A stretch of DNA of 64,000 nucleotides from Candidatus Thalassarchaeaceae archaeon. GTDB taxonomy: Archaea > Thermoplasmatota > Poseidoniia > Poseidoniales > Thalassarchaeaceae. The stretch is from assembly GCA_030747675.1 (NCBI GenBank), contig JASLKH010000035.1, forward strand, positions 6,943 to 70,942. The letters run 5' to 3'. A program made the translations under genes and the position numbers. Shown here piece by piece: positions 9,623-19,826 of the stretch; the stretch's first letter is position 1; each line of letters begins with the position of its first letter. The notes under the pieces are model-generated. The model saw only the letters and a list, made by a program, of their open reading frames with translations, searched no databases and was not told the origin of the DNA.

Positions 9623-10540
9623 GTGTCAGACTTAGCCACGCGAAATTTTCTCGGTTTGCCCGAGATTGAAGGTCACCCTGATGTTACCATTCTCTCCGTT
9701 CCATACGAATTAACAACATCATATGGACAAGGTACAACTTACGGACCTAAAGCAACAATAACTGCTTCTTCTCAAGTTGAACTCTATGACCCATTGCTTC
9801 CAGAAGATCTCCCTTGTGGATTCAAAATAAAAACTGCTGAATCATGGAGTGGTGAAGGTAATACGCTTAGAGAGCAATTGGATGATATTGAAAAATATCT
9901 TAACTCACATCAAAATAATTCATTCCCAATTATCCTTGGTGGAGAACATGGAATGCTTCCCGCAATAGTCAATGTCATAGGAAAGAAAGTTGAATTGAAG
10001 GATTTGACTATCGTGCAAATCGATGCTCATGCCGACCTAAGAAACGAGTTAGATGGCGACTCAGATAGCCATGCATGTGCAGCACGACGTTGCTTAGATT
10101 TGGGTGTAGGAAAAATTCTTCAGATTGGGATTAGATCATTCTCTCGTGAAGAATCAGAATTTACTACAAAGGATAAACGCGTTGAGGCATGGCTCGCTAG
10201 GGATATACTGAACCCATGTGGAGGTGAAATTGCTTGGCGAAAATGGTTGAACACTCTATCGGAGATTAGTGGACCTGTTTGGCTAACCTTAGATGTAGAT
10301 GGATTAGATTCTGTATATGTCCCAACAACGGGAACACCTGTACCAGGAGGACTGGCTTATTGGCAAGTTGTCGAAACAATCGAAACCATAGCCGCTGCTC
10401 CAAATGTAGACTGGTTAGGAGCTGATGTGAATGAAATCGTCCCTGATCAAAATAATCACGTAACTGAATTTACCGCAGCAATGTTAGTGACAAAAATTAT
10501 TGCAGCACATCTTGCAAATAAGTTGGAGGAACAAGCATGA
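9623..10540 (+). CDS. speB: Agmatinase / arginase-family ureohydrolase
   Basis: Ureohydrolase Mn-binding motifs are present (GGEHGM, DAHADL, DVDGLDSVY, GTPVPGGL). There is no in-frame ATG. The track start is the GTG at 9530; the GTG at 9623 gives a family-typical N-terminus (VSDLATRNFLGLPEIEGHPDVTILSVPYELTTSY). A leaderless start is possible. Confidence 0.7.
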   Translation: MSDLATRNFLGLPEIEGHPDVTILSVPYELTTSYGQGTTYGPKATITASSQVELYDPLLPEDLPCGFKIKTAESWSGEGNTLREQLDDIEKYLNSHQNNSFPIILGGEHGMLPAIVNVIGKKVELKDLTIVQIDAHADLRNELDGDSDSHACAARRCLDLGVGKILQIGIRSFSREESEFTTKDKRVEAWLARDILNPCGGEIAWRKWLNTLSEISGPVWLTLDVDGLDSVYVPTTGTPVPGGLAYWQVVETIETIAAAPNVDWLGADVNEIVPDQNNHVTEFTAAMLVTKIIAAHLANKLEEQA

Positions 10541-10899
10541 AGGCAAAAGGGCGTCATATTACTCTAGATTACGCCGGTTTTTCAGGAAATGGGGGTTGGG
10601 TCCTTTCAATTCTAAGAAACGCTGTTTCTAATTCAGAAGCACGGGAAGTACATTCTCATGTTTCAGAATTTGATGGAAGTGAAAGCCCGTTAGGATTTGC
10701 AGCTGTTGTATTAATTGATGAAAGTCATGTGAGTGCACATTGCTATGCAGATGATGAAATCTTGGCTGTTGATTGTTTTACTTGTGGAGAGATTAATCCT
10801 GCTTCTATAATCGATCAAATACATTCACAACTATCCAAGCACATTCCCACCCTGCATTTAGTACAGCGGCAAGAATGGGACCGGTTTATAATTGAATAA
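10537..10899 (+). CDS. speH: Pyruvoyl-dependent S-adenosylmethionine decarboxylase proenzyme (archaeal/bacterial class 1)
   Basis: The 120-aa ORF carries the ESH-S self-cleavage context (VLIDESHVSAHCYAD). It overlaps the agmatinase stop by 4 nt (ATGA), so the two form an operon. Confidence 0.7.
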   Translation: MKAKGRHITLDYAGFSGNGGWVLSILRNAVSNSEAREVHSHVSEFDGSESPLGFAAVVLIDESHVSAHCYADDEILAVDCFTCGEINPASIIDQIHSQLSKHIPTLHLVQRQEWDRFIIE

Positions 10900-10997
10900 T
10901 TCAATTGTAAAATTAAATTTGCAATTGATTTTTTTGCACAATATTCTTGATTCGCCAAACCATATCCTAAAATCAACAAGACCACACCTACGGTGTG

Positions 10998-12371
10998 ATG
11001 CGCACCTTCGCTGTTCTCGCCATGCTCCTTGCCGCCTCCGCGGTTCCAATAGCAAGTGCGCAACAGCCAGACATAGTCCAGGAACATTGGTATCACACCT
11101 ATACAACACTCACAATTGATGTCAATGCATGGGCGGATGATTACCCTGAAATTGTAAATCTACTCGTCGCAGGTCAAACCGAACTTGGAAGAAACCTCTG
11201 GATGTTACAGATTTCTGATTGGAGTGCTGAAACCAAACCAGATGGGGCACAGAAAGAAATTGTTTACATTGATGGTGGGCATCATGGAAATGAGCATCTT
11301 GGGACTGAATTAGCATTCTTGACCGCAGAATATTACATTGAAGGTTGGGCTGCTGGAGAACAAGATGCCCTTGATGTTTTGACGACGACTGAACTGCATA
11401 TCCTCATCATGCTCAATGCAGATGGGAATGATTTTGATACGCGCTGGAATATTAATCAAGTTGACTTAAATCGAAACTACGATCATTACTGGAATACATG
11501 CCCCACGACCCAACCTGGAAGCAGTGCATTCAGTGAATCCGAAACACTTGCAAATTCAATCTACATGAACACAGTTGTACCAGATGCAGATTTGTATGTA
11601 ACCATGCACACTGGTGTTTGGATTATGCTGTATCCATGGGGTAAATGGCCAGAGCAACCTTCGGATTGGGAGTTGTTCCATTTCATCAGAGATGATGTCC
11701 ACGATAGCGTTTCAGACATTCCAATCCAAAATGCAAATCAAGGGCTCTACCCCAATTGTGGAACCAGTAGAGATTATGGATATGGAGTAATGGGGTTCCC
11801 CACTTTTACATTTGAAACCGATGATGAACAATGGGCGCCGGGGACCGTTGAATCATTGTCAAGCAGACTCGGTGAGGAAATGGACGTGATGCGATATCTG
11901 ATCAACAACATTTGGTACTGGAGAGCAAGGTTGTCTGTAACTGCGTTTGATTTTGATGGCGACTCAATCAAATTGAGGGTCGACAATTTGGGTCGGGCGA
12001 CTACTGAAAATGCAACCATCAGATATATCGATGAAGGTGAAGTGTTGTGGACTTCCGAGTTATTTAGCGTCAATGCAACCAATAGTACGCAAGCCAATCT
12101 CGCAGCCTCGAACTTGACCTTGTCAGCCTCGGGTCATTTTGAATTGTATTACCAAAAACGCGTCATTGATTCAAGTCAGTGGGTCAACGAATCAATTCCT
12201 GAAGAACAAATCAATATCTCAGATGGCGAGGATGAGGGTTGGCTCCCCTTTGCTTCACCTGTTTGGGCGATTTTAGCCATCGGCTTAGCTGGTGTAAGAG
12301 TAAATTGGCGTTTTTGCACCGATTTTGAGCAAATCAAATGCAAAAAAATGCCTCAAAATGCGGATTCTTGA
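10998..12371 (+). CDS. Secreted M14 zinc carboxypeptidase with a C-terminal membrane anchor
   Basis: The N-terminal signal peptide ends ASA-QQ. M14 motifs are present (HGNEHLG, DLNRNY). A C-terminal hydrophobic helix is present (WAILAIGLAGV). Confidence 0.75.
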   Translation: MRTFAVLAMLLAASAVPIASAQQPDIVQEHWYHTYTTLTIDVNAWADDYPEIVNLLVAGQTELGRNLWMLQISDWSAETKPDGAQKEIVYIDGGHHGNEHLGTELAFLTAEYYIEGWAAGEQDALDVLTTTELHILIMLNADGNDFDTRWNINQVDLNRNYDHYWNTCPTTQPGSSAFSESETLANSIYMNTVVPDADLYVTMHTGVWIMLYPWGKWPEQPSDWELFHFIRDDVHDSVSDIPIQNANQGLYPNCGTSRDYGYGVMGFPTFTFETDDEQWAPGTVESLSSRLGEEMDVMRYLINNIWYWRARLSVTAFDFDGDSIKLRVDNLGRATTENATIRYIDEGEVLWTSELFSVNATNSTQANLAASNLTLSASGHFELYYQKRVIDSSQWVNESIPEEQINISDGEDEGWLPFASPVWAILAIGLAGVRVNWRFCTDFEQIKCKKMPQNADS

Positions 12372-12419
12372 ACACAATCATTTGTATATCGGTGCTGAAT
12401 CGGTAGATTCAGTGATTAC

Positions 12420-13898
12420 ATGGAAACAGCAGTAAGCGAATTCAACGATGTTGGCGACATTCTGGTTTTACCTTTATTCGAGGGAGTTGTAAAAGCCCCA
12501 AATAACACCTTAGCAGGCCTTTCTAGGACACAGAGAAGCCTAGTAAACGAAGCTCTCGCAAGTGATAGTTTCACCGGCAAGGCTGGAAAACACCTCGACG
12601 TATGGACTGCCGGGTGCCAGGTTGTTTTAGTCGGCATGGGGGAAAATCCAAGTGACAAATCATGCCGAGACGGCGGTGCGAAGACATTGGCAGCATTATC
12701 CAAAGATCATGGTACAAACGTGACCGTGCGATTCACGACTGGCTGGTCAACCTCGAAAATGGCACTTTTCGTAGAAGGTATGATTCTACGAGATTATTCA
12801 TTCGACAAATACCAACATAAGGAAGATGGTGAAATCCAATCTGATTGGAATCTAACATGCCAAGCGAGTCCACGACATCAACCCAAGTTGTCCGCAGCTG
12901 TTTCCAAATCTACAGCGATTGCAACTGGAGTTCATGTTGCCCGCGAACTAGGTAATGAACCTGCTAACGTGATGTATCCTGATGAATACGCTCGGCGTGC
13001 GATGGAATGGGCCAAAGGGAAATCGAATGTCGAAGTTGAAGTGTGGGATTATGACCGATTAAAAAAAGAAGGGATGCACGGCGTCATCGCAGTAGGGAAA
13101 GGTAGTGAGCGCAAGCCCTGCATGGTATACTTCCGCCTAAATCCAAACGTACAGAAAGGTGATCAAGTGCCCTGTATTGTTGGAAAAGGAATCACCTTTG
13201 ACACTGGCGGAATTTCAATAAAACCATCAGCAGGAATGGAGGATATGAAATTCGATATGCATGGGTCAGCAACGGTCTTTGGACTGTTTGTCGCACTCCA
13301 AGCAAGTGGTTATCAAGGCCGCGTAAACGGAATAACTTGTATGGCAGAAAATATGCCAAGTGCTGGTGCATACAGGCCAGGAGACATCATCGATACATAT
13401 TCTGGAAAGACGATTGAAGTCCTCAACACCGATGCAGAAGGGCGTAACGTCCTCTCAGATGGACTATGGAAAGCAAGTGAGCTCGACCCATCCTATATTA
13501 TCGATTTAGCAACACTAACTGGTGCTTGTGTCGTTGCATTAGGGCATGAAGCAAGTGGTCTGTGGTCAAATGATGATGCACTTTCTGCCCGAATCCATGC
13601 AGCAGGAAACGCTGAAGATGAGATTGCTTGGCCAATGCCTTTGCTACCTGCTTTTGAGAAAGAAATGACCGGTTCCAAAGTGGCCGATGTTCAGAATTTA
13701 GGCAAGGGCCGATGGGGAGGAGCCTGTACTGCAGCTGGTTTTCTCAAACAGTTTGTGCAAGATAGAGATGGGGCGCAAATTCCATGGGCACATCTCGATA
13801 TTGCAGGTACCGCATGGGGTGCATCAACAAATGCAATGGTCGCCAATGGTGCAACAGGAATCCATGTACGAACTCTACATCGCCTGATTACCGAGTAA
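12420..13898 (+). CDS. pepA: Leucyl aminopeptidase (M17 family)
   Basis: M17 signatures are present (GKGITFDTGGISIKP, NTDAEGRNVLSD). Confidence 0.8.
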   Translation: METAVSEFNDVGDILVLPLFEGVVKAPNNTLAGLSRTQRSLVNEALASDSFTGKAGKHLDVWTAGCQVVLVGMGENPSDKSCRDGGAKTLAALSKDHGTNVTVRFTTGWSTSKMALFVEGMILRDYSFDKYQHKEDGEIQSDWNLTCQASPRHQPKLSAAVSKSTAIATGVHVARELGNEPANVMYPDEYARRAMEWAKGKSNVEVEVWDYDRLKKEGMHGVIAVGKGSERKPCMVYFRLNPNVQKGDQVPCIVGKGITFDTGGISIKPSAGMEDMKFDMHGSATVFGLFVALQASGYQGRVNGITCMAENMPSAGAYRPGDIIDTYSGKTIEVLNTDAEGRNVLSDGLWKASELDPSYIIDLATLTGACVVALGHEASGLWSNDDALSARIHAAGNAEDEIAWPMPLLPAFEKEMTGSKVADVQNLGKGRWGGACTAAGFLKQFVQDRDGAQIPWAHLDIAGTAWGASTNAMVANGATGIHVRTLHRLITE

Positions 13899-13903
13899 TA
13901 TCC

Positions 13904-15793
13904 TTACGCACTGTCGTCGTCATCAACAACTTCGAAGTCAGCATCGACGACATCTTCTGCACCATCCATTCCAGTATGATCTCCGCCTTGTTCATCTTCC
14001 ATTGATGCTGCTGCTGCCTCATACAACTTTGCAGAGATACCATGCATGGCTTCTTCCAATTCTTGGACTTTTGTTTGAATTGCCTCTTCATCAAGGTCAT
14101 CATCATCAACAGGGCCTTCATCAGTTCGAATTAAAGCCTCAAGTTCAACCAATTTAGCTTCAATCGGTTCTGTATCTGATTCTTCTAACTTATCTCCGGC
14201 TTCCTTCATCGTTCGGCGTGTTTGATAGACAATGCTGTCAGCAGTATTGCGGAGTTCAACCTTCTTTTGACGAGATTCGTCCTCAGCAGCGAATTCCTCG
14301 GCTTCAGATATTTTTTGCTGGATTTCATCTTCTGATAGGCTAGTGGCACTTTCAATACGAATCGATTGTTCCTTACCCGTGCCCATGTCCTTAGCAGATA
14401 CGCTAACGATGCCATTTGCATCAATGTCAAAGGTCACTTCTATCTTTGGAATTCCACGAGCAGCCGCTGGAATTCCTTCAAGGAAAAATTTTCCAAGCGT
14501 TACATTATCCTTGGCGAACTTTCTTTCGCCCTGAAGGACGTGTACTTCTACAGCTGGTTGATTATCAGCGGCAGTACTGAACACTTCTGAACGACGTGTT
14601 GGGATGGTTGTATTGCGTTCAATCATAGGTGTTGTGACACCACCAAGTGTTTCAATGCCAAGAGAAAGAGGTGTTACATCCAGAAGAAGAACATCTGTGA
14701 CTCCTTCGTCACCAACAATGATGCCGGCTTGTAGAGCTGCACCCATCGCTACCGCCTCATCAGGATTAATTCCCTTGAAGGGGGTCTTTCCTGCTTCTTT
14801 CTCTATTGCTTCTTGAACTGCAGGAATACGAGTACTACCTCCAACCAGGAGGATTTTATCGACATCTCCTGCTTTGATTCCCGAATCCTTCATTGCTCGA
14901 CGAGTCGGGCCCATCGTAGCCTCTACAAGATCTGCTGTGAGGTCATCAAATTGAGCGCGTGATAAATTAAGATCAAGGTGCTCTGGATTACCATCTTTCA
15001 TAGTGATGAAAGGTAAATTAATGTGACTTGTTTGAGTACCCGATAGTTCAATCTTAGCTTTTTCAGCGGCTTCCTTCAATCGGCTCATAGCCTGACCATC
15101 TGTTGATAAATCAATTCCGCTACTTTTCTTAAACTCAGAAACACACCAATGGATTACACGCTCGTCAAAGTCGTCTCCACCAAGTTTGTTATTACCCGCA
15201 GTAGCCTTTACTTCAATTTGTGGTTGACCATCTACCTGATATATTTCAAGGACTGATACATCAAATGTACCTCCTCCAAGGTCGTAAACAAGAATTGTTT
15301 GATCATCATCCTTGTCAACGCCATAGGCCAAGGCTGCAGCTGTTGGTTCGTTGATGATACGTAATACTTCTAGTCCTGCAATACGACCAGCATCTTTTGT
15401 TGCCTTTCGCTGAGCATCTGTGAAATAAGCCGGACAAGTGATGACCGCTTGCTTTACTTCTGCCCCCAAATATGCTTCTGCATCAGCCTTTAGTTTCTGT
15501 AAAATGAATGCGCTTACTTCTTGAGGAGTGTAGTGATTATCGTCTACTTTACCTTTCCAATCTGTACCCATTTCTCTTTTAACAGAGAGGAAAGTACGTT
15601 CCGAATTAGTTACAGCTTGTCGCTTTGCTGTCACTCCAACCAATCGCTCTCCATCTTTAGCAAATGCTACTACGCTTGGAGTGGTCCTAGCACCTTCTGC
15701 ATTAGGGATGACTATTGCTTCGCCCCCCTCAATTGTTGCTACACAACTATTTGTCGTCCCTAAATCAATACCTATTACTGCATTTTTAACCAT
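13904..15793 (-). CDS. dnaK: Molecular chaperone DnaK (Hsp70)
   Basis: The 629-aa ORF shows Hsp70 signatures ([34 protein letters not shown]) and an acidic C-terminal tail. GGGAGGA lies upstream, within the end of the preceding gene. Confidence 0.9.
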   Translation of the reverse strand: MVKNAVIGIDLGTTNSCVATIEGGEAIVIPNAEGARTTPSVVAFAKDGERLVGVTAKRQAVTNSERTFLSVKREMGTDWKGKVDDNHYTPQEVSAFILQKLKADAEAYLGAEVKQAVITCPAYFTDAQRKATKDAGRIAGLEVLRIINEPTAAALAYGVDKDDDQTILVYDLGGGTFDVSVLEIYQVDGQPQIEVKATAGNNKLGGDDFDERVIHWCVSEFKKSSGIDLSTDGQAMSRLKEAAEKAKIELSGTQTSHINLPFITMKDGNPEHLDLNLSRAQFDDLTADLVEATMGPTRRAMKDSGIKAGDVDKILLVGGSTRIPAVQEAIEKEAGKTPFKGINPDEAVAMGAALQAGIIVGDEGVTDVLLLDVTPLSLGIETLGGVTTPMIERNTTIPTRRSEVFSTAADNQPAVEVHVLQGERKFAKDNVTLGKFFLEGIPAAARGIPKIEVTFDIDANGIVSVSAKDMGTGKEQSIRIESATSLSEDEIQQKISEAEEFAAEDESRQKKVELRNTADSIVYQTRRTMKEAGDKLEESDTEPIEAKLVELEALIRTDEGPVDDDDLDEEAIQTKVQELEEAMHGISAKLYEAAAASMEDEQGGDHTGMDGAEDVVDADFEVVDDDDSA

Positions 15794-15794
15794 T

Positions 15795-16427
15795 TTAATT
15801 TCCTCCCTTCGGTGAAACCGATTCCTTCGGTTCTCTCAAAGTGAATGTGATATCAAGTATACCGTTATTAATCTCCCAATTATCTACGCTTTCAGCTGCT
15901 TTGGGTAATTCAAAACGTTGAATTGGATGTAATTGAGTTGCACGCATCAAGTGCAAAGTTGATCCTCCTCCTGTGAGGTTCAATTCAACTTCAGAATCAT
16001 CAATACCATCATGACGAGATACATCAATTGTAATATTCATAGAATCACCGTCAACATAAACATCGGCAATTGGAATTGAATTTACAGAATCATCATCATC
16101 TTCGGATTCCTCCTCAATTTCAATTTCAACGAGTTCCGGTTCGGATTTCTTTCCCATCTTGATATCCACGCCCATCTGGTCAAGAATACTGGATATATCT
16201 GGTGCACCTTTGCCAAGGATTTCTCCAATATCTCCAAAATCAGATTGTAAATTTATTTTTACATCGCCTGAACGAATTTTCTCAGGGTCAATACCAAGGT
16301 TATCAAATTGAGATTGGATTTGGTCCATCATACGCATGAGGTCGTCTTCATCAACATCCATGCCCATCTTGCGAAACATTTCGAGCATCTGCTTCAAAAT
16401 TTGGTCTTCCCATTCATCTTTATCCAT
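15795..16427 (-). CDS. Small heat-shock protein (Hsp20/alpha-crystallin family) with an acidic N-terminal extension
   Basis: The C-terminal region resembles an alpha-crystallin domain ([31 protein letters not shown]). Its stop is 1 nt before the dnaK ATG, so the two are co-transcribed. It does not look like GrpE. Confidence 0.55.
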   Translation of the reverse strand: MDKDEWEDQILKQMLEMFRKMGMDVDEDDLMRMMDQIQSQFDNLGIDPEKIRSGDVKINLQSDFGDIGEILGKGAPDISSILDQMGVDIKMGKKSEPELVEIEIEEESEDDDDSVNSIPIADVYVDGDSMNITIDVSRHDGIDDSEVELNLTGGGSTLHLMRATQLHPIQRFELPKAAESVDNWEINNGILDITFTLREPKESVSPKGGN

Positions 16428-16553
16428 GTCTCACCCTCCACTACTTAACCTCGGGTTGTATAGTGGCAGTGTTTAGACATATATCAATCATTGCCTTGAT
16501 ACAAGCCCGGGACCTTTAGCGGCGGATTCAAGATGGGATGATTATTCGGAACC
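16428..16553. promoter_or_regulatory. Bidirectional heat-shock promoter region (hsp20-dnaK divergent from thermosome)
   Basis: Two TATA-like elements are back to back: minus-strand CTATACA at about 16457-16465 and plus-strand ACATATATCA at 16477-16486. They are quasi-symmetric (TTGTATA ... ATATCAA) and about 20 nt apart. Confidence 0.4.
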
Positions 16554-18140
16554 ATGTCCCCCATGGTACAGAAAGATCAGGATCGTGTCCTTTCAGATAC
16601 CGAACAGGTATCCGGAAAAACGGCATTACGAAATAACGTTGAGGCCGCAGTTGCCCTCTCTGGCGCCGTCAGGAGTACATTGGGGCCCAAGGGTTTGGAC
16701 AAATTACTCATCAGTGCCGAGGGAGATACATTGGTTACAAATGATGGTGTCACTGTTCTAGAAACTGCATTAGTGGAACATCCTACTGCTAAAATGCTGA
16801 TTTCTACTTCGCGTGCACAAGATGATGAGGCAAAAGATGGTACAACTTCAACCGTAATCCTCACTGCTGAACTATTGGTAAATGCTGCTGAACTTGTTGA
16901 ACGTGGTGTTCATCCCGCAATTATTTCTCATGGATTTCGACTTTGTGAGCCGATTATAGATGAGGTCCTTAACGAAATTGCGATTGAAGCCGGTGAAAAT
17001 GAACGCCTTTCTGCTGTTTTGACTGCTTTATCGGGCAAAGGTGATGACGGGTTGAGAGAATGCCTTGCGAACCTTGCTCATGAGGCTGCAATATTGATTG
17101 GCACAGGCGATACTGAGCATTGCAGAATAATCACAGAATGTAGTGGGAATATACGAGATAGTGAATTAATCCAAGGTGTTGTTCTCCAAAAATCAAGTGT
17201 GCATCGAGAAATGCCAAATAGGCATTCAGGTGGTAGTATTCTTGTTCTCGATGGAGGGCTAGAAAGGAGAAAACCAGCAATTGAGGCCACTCTTAACATC
17301 ACAAATTTAGGAGCATTGGATTCATTTAATGAAAGGGAACGTGCAGATTTACAGAAACGTGTTGATTCTCTAAGTAATGCTGGTATCGATTTGTTAATTA
17401 CTCGTGATGGCATTGATGATGGAGCGCATATAATGTTAGCGAACGCTGGAATCATTGCATACCGGCGAGTTGAGAGGCCTGATATTGAGCATGTTTGCCG
17501 TGCTACAGGAGCGCGTCCTGTATATTCATTGGAAGATATTAATGGGGCAGATGTTGGGTCCTTTGATGCGCTACGCGAGGAAAAATGGCAAGGCACGAGT
17601 CATATGATCCTCATGGGGGCAAAAAAGCAAGGTGTTACTGTAGTTTTGCGCGGATCCACAGAAATGCGGTTGGAAGAGGCGCGACGTGCCTTCGATGATG
17701 CACTTGGAGTTGCAAGCCAATTGGTCGAAGAAACTCGCTTACTCCCAGGAGGGGGAGCAACACAAATTGCATTAGCGCGTAGACTTCGTAGATTTGCGGA
17801 AACTATTCCAGGAAGAGAACAAATGGCAATCGAGGCTTTTGCTGCTGCTCTTGAAGTAATTCCAAGAGTATTGGCTTCAAATGCTGGACTTGATCCGATT
17901 GACGAATTGCTACGAGCAACAGCAGCACAATCTGACTCAGGCTCTGCTTGGAAAGGACTTGATGTAAGAACGGGGATGATTGTAGACATGTCAGAAGCAG
18001 CTGTTACTGAACCAATTCGGATTACACGTCACTCTATCGTAGGTGCCACTGATGCTGCTATTTCAGTATTGAGAATTGATGACATTTTATGGGCCAAACA
18101 AGATGCTCAAGAACCTAATTGGAAAACTGAAGATGATTAG
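16554..18140 (+). CDS. ths: Thermosome subunit (group II chaperonin)
   Basis: The 528-aa ORF carries group II chaperonin motifs (TLGPKGLDKLL, VTNDGVTVLE, AKDGTTSTVIL). Confidence 0.85.
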   Translation: MSPMVQKDQDRVLSDTEQVSGKTALRNNVEAAVALSGAVRSTLGPKGLDKLLISAEGDTLVTNDGVTVLETALVEHPTAKMLISTSRAQDDEAKDGTTSTVILTAELLVNAAELVERGVHPAIISHGFRLCEPIIDEVLNEIAIEAGENERLSAVLTALSGKGDDGLRECLANLAHEAAILIGTGDTEHCRIITECSGNIRDSELIQGVVLQKSSVHREMPNRHSGGSILVLDGGLERRKPAIEATLNITNLGALDSFNERERADLQKRVDSLSNAGIDLLITRDGIDDGAHIMLANAGIIAYRRVERPDIEHVCRATGARPVYSLEDINGADVGSFDALREEKWQGTSHMILMGAKKQGVTVVLRGSTEMRLEEARRAFDDALGVASQLVEETRLLPGGGATQIALARRLRRFAETIPGREQMAIEAFAAALEVIPRVLASNAGLDPIDELLRATAAQSDSGSAWKGLDVRTGMIVDMSEAAVTEPIRITRHSIVGATDAAISVLRIDDILWAKQDAQEPNWKTEDD

Positions 18141-18218
18141 GATTTGATGTAAATCATGCATCAGAGTGGTTAATCTTAGCTGATGTAAGTCTATATCGAC
18201 GAAGATTGTCGGCAATTT

Positions 18219-19736
18219 ATGGCACGACTGAAATCAATGATGTTGGCACTCTTAATGCTGTCTTCATTAACTGCTGGCTGCCTTAAAGATGATTACTCGC
18301 CACCCCCCTCAGATGAGGAAGTTCATCCCAAAGGTGTTTTTGTAACCGGGCCGGATGGATTACCTGTTGATGTGGCACCATTACCACTAATTTTCAATTT
18401 CAGTGATGTTGGGGAGGATGGTCCAGAGCCAAGTATAGGTGTCACATCTAGTGGCTGTATTTTCTTTATTGCCATGGAGAAAGTTATGCGTTCCTGTGAC
18501 CATGGAGAAACCTGGGAAGAAGTGCAATATGAGCCTGCATGTTCACCGACTACCAGTGACCCCTATGGTTGGGTTGACCCTATCACAGATAGAATTTTCA
18601 ATGTGCAAATGATAGGTTTGGAAACATCGTGGATTTGCTGGAGTGATGATGATGGTGAAACTTGGGTCGGCAATCCACACGATTCAGGCACAACTCCAAT
18701 CAATGATCACATCAAATTGGCAACCGGTCCTTGGACAGGCAGCGGTTATGGTATTCCCGGCTCCATCACGCAAGAAATAATCTACGAAACCGCGGTTTAC
18801 TATTGCTACAACAAACTCGCAGGCATATTCTGTTTCACAAGTTTTGATGGTGGGGCTACATTTGAAGCAGGTGGCCAAATCTTTGGATTAGCCACCACCA
18901 ACGGTGGCCTTCATGGGGCCATCACCTCAGCTCCAGACGGCACTGTTTACGTGACTCCTCGAGTCGAAACACCAACTGTCATCATATCGAAGGACAACGG
19001 TTTGACATGGTTTGAGCGCACGATGGGCACAGATGTAGGTACACCTTATCCACGCAAAAACTCAGAGGTTGCGACAGACACTGAATCCAATGCTTATCAC
19101 GTTTGGACTGGACCCGGTGGGCCTAATGAAAATGGATCATTTAACGGTTACAATGGTGAAGGAATTTACATGTCGAGGAGTACTGATTCTGGAGATTCAT
19201 GGGAATCGGACAGCATTCGCATTAGCCCCATCGACATTGTATCGTACGCATTCCCACAAATTGATGCTGGCGACCCTGGCAGAATTGCAATTACATACCT
19301 AGGGAGTGAGAATTCCGGCGAATTGGGACAACCCAACTTGGACGGTGCCGCTTGGGATGGAAATGCACACTATGCAAATTCAAACGTCAGTTACCACCTG
19401 TATGTTACTTACAGTTTGAACGCACTCGATGCGAACCCAGTGTTCCACACCATGCGAGCTTCTGCAGATCCAGTACAGGTCGGCAGCATTTGTTTGAACA
19501 GTGGTGACTGTCGCGACATCGGCGGTTCGAATCGCAACCTACTCGACTTCAATGATTTGCACATAGATAGTGATGGGAGAGTATACATTGCATTCGCTGA
19601 TGGATGCACAGGTGAATGTGCTACTGGTAACAATTCGCAACCTGAAGATTCTCGAAGTAGGCGTGCTACAATGTGCTATCTTGGAAGTGGGCCTAGTCTG
19701 TATGAATCCGTTGGAATTCTCCCTGAATTTTCATGA
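18219..19736 (+). CDS. Secreted BNR/Asp-box repeat lipoprotein (sialidase-like beta-propeller)
   Basis: The signal peptide carries a lipobox-like LTAGC. Three Asp-box repeats of the S-x-D-x-G-x-T-W type are present (SDDDGETW, SKDNGLTW, STDSGDSW). Confidence 0.6.
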   Translation: MARLKSMMLALLMLSSLTAGCLKDDYSPPPSDEEVHPKGVFVTGPDGLPVDVAPLPLIFNFSDVGEDGPEPSIGVTSSGCIFFIAMEKVMRSCDHGETWEEVQYEPACSPTTSDPYGWVDPITDRIFNVQMIGLETSWICWSDDDGETWVGNPHDSGTTPINDHIKLATGPWTGSGYGIPGSITQEIIYETAVYYCYNKLAGIFCFTSFDGGATFEAGGQIFGLATTNGGLHGAITSAPDGTVYVTPRVETPTVIISKDNGLTWFERTMGTDVGTPYPRKNSEVATDTESNAYHVWTGPGGPNENGSFNGYNGEGIYMSRSTDSGDSWESDSIRISPIDIVSYAFPQIDAGDPGRIAITYLGSENSGELGQPNLDGAAWDGNAHYANSNVSYHLYVTYSLNALDANPVFHTMRASADPVQVGSICLNSGDCRDIGGSNRNLLDFNDLHIDSDGRVYIAFADGCTGECATGNNSQPEDSRSRRATMCYLGSGPSLYESVGILPEFS

Positions 19737-19750
19737 GATTTAAGTTCAGG

Positions 19751-19822
19751 TGCGCACGCCGGAATTTGAATCCGGGTGGCATGGTTGGGAACCATACATC
19801 ATAACCGCTAGATCACGTGCGC
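19751..19822 (-). tRNA. tRNA-Gly (anticodon CCC)
   Basis: On the reverse complement the acceptor stem is a perfect 7 bp (GCGCACG/CGTGCGC). The anticodon loop is TTCCCAA. The T-arm and D-loop are identical to the tRNA-Gly(GCC) at 5459. The 5' end lies 4 nt after the macro-domain gene stop. Confidence 0.75.
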
Positions 19823-19826
19823 TTCA

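Noticed and set aside
15795-16427. Possibility that the gene upstream of dnaK is grpE
   Set aside because: No GrpE C-terminal beta-domain signature is present. The C-terminus matches the alpha-crystallin/Hsp20 pattern ([10 protein letters not shown]). Low residual doubt remains.
5459-19822. tRNA-Gly-flanked 14-kb interval as an integrated mobile element or genomic island
   Set aside because: No integrase, transposase or direct repeat of a tRNA 3' end was seen. The content is housekeeping (polyamine, peptidase, chaperone and thermosome genes).
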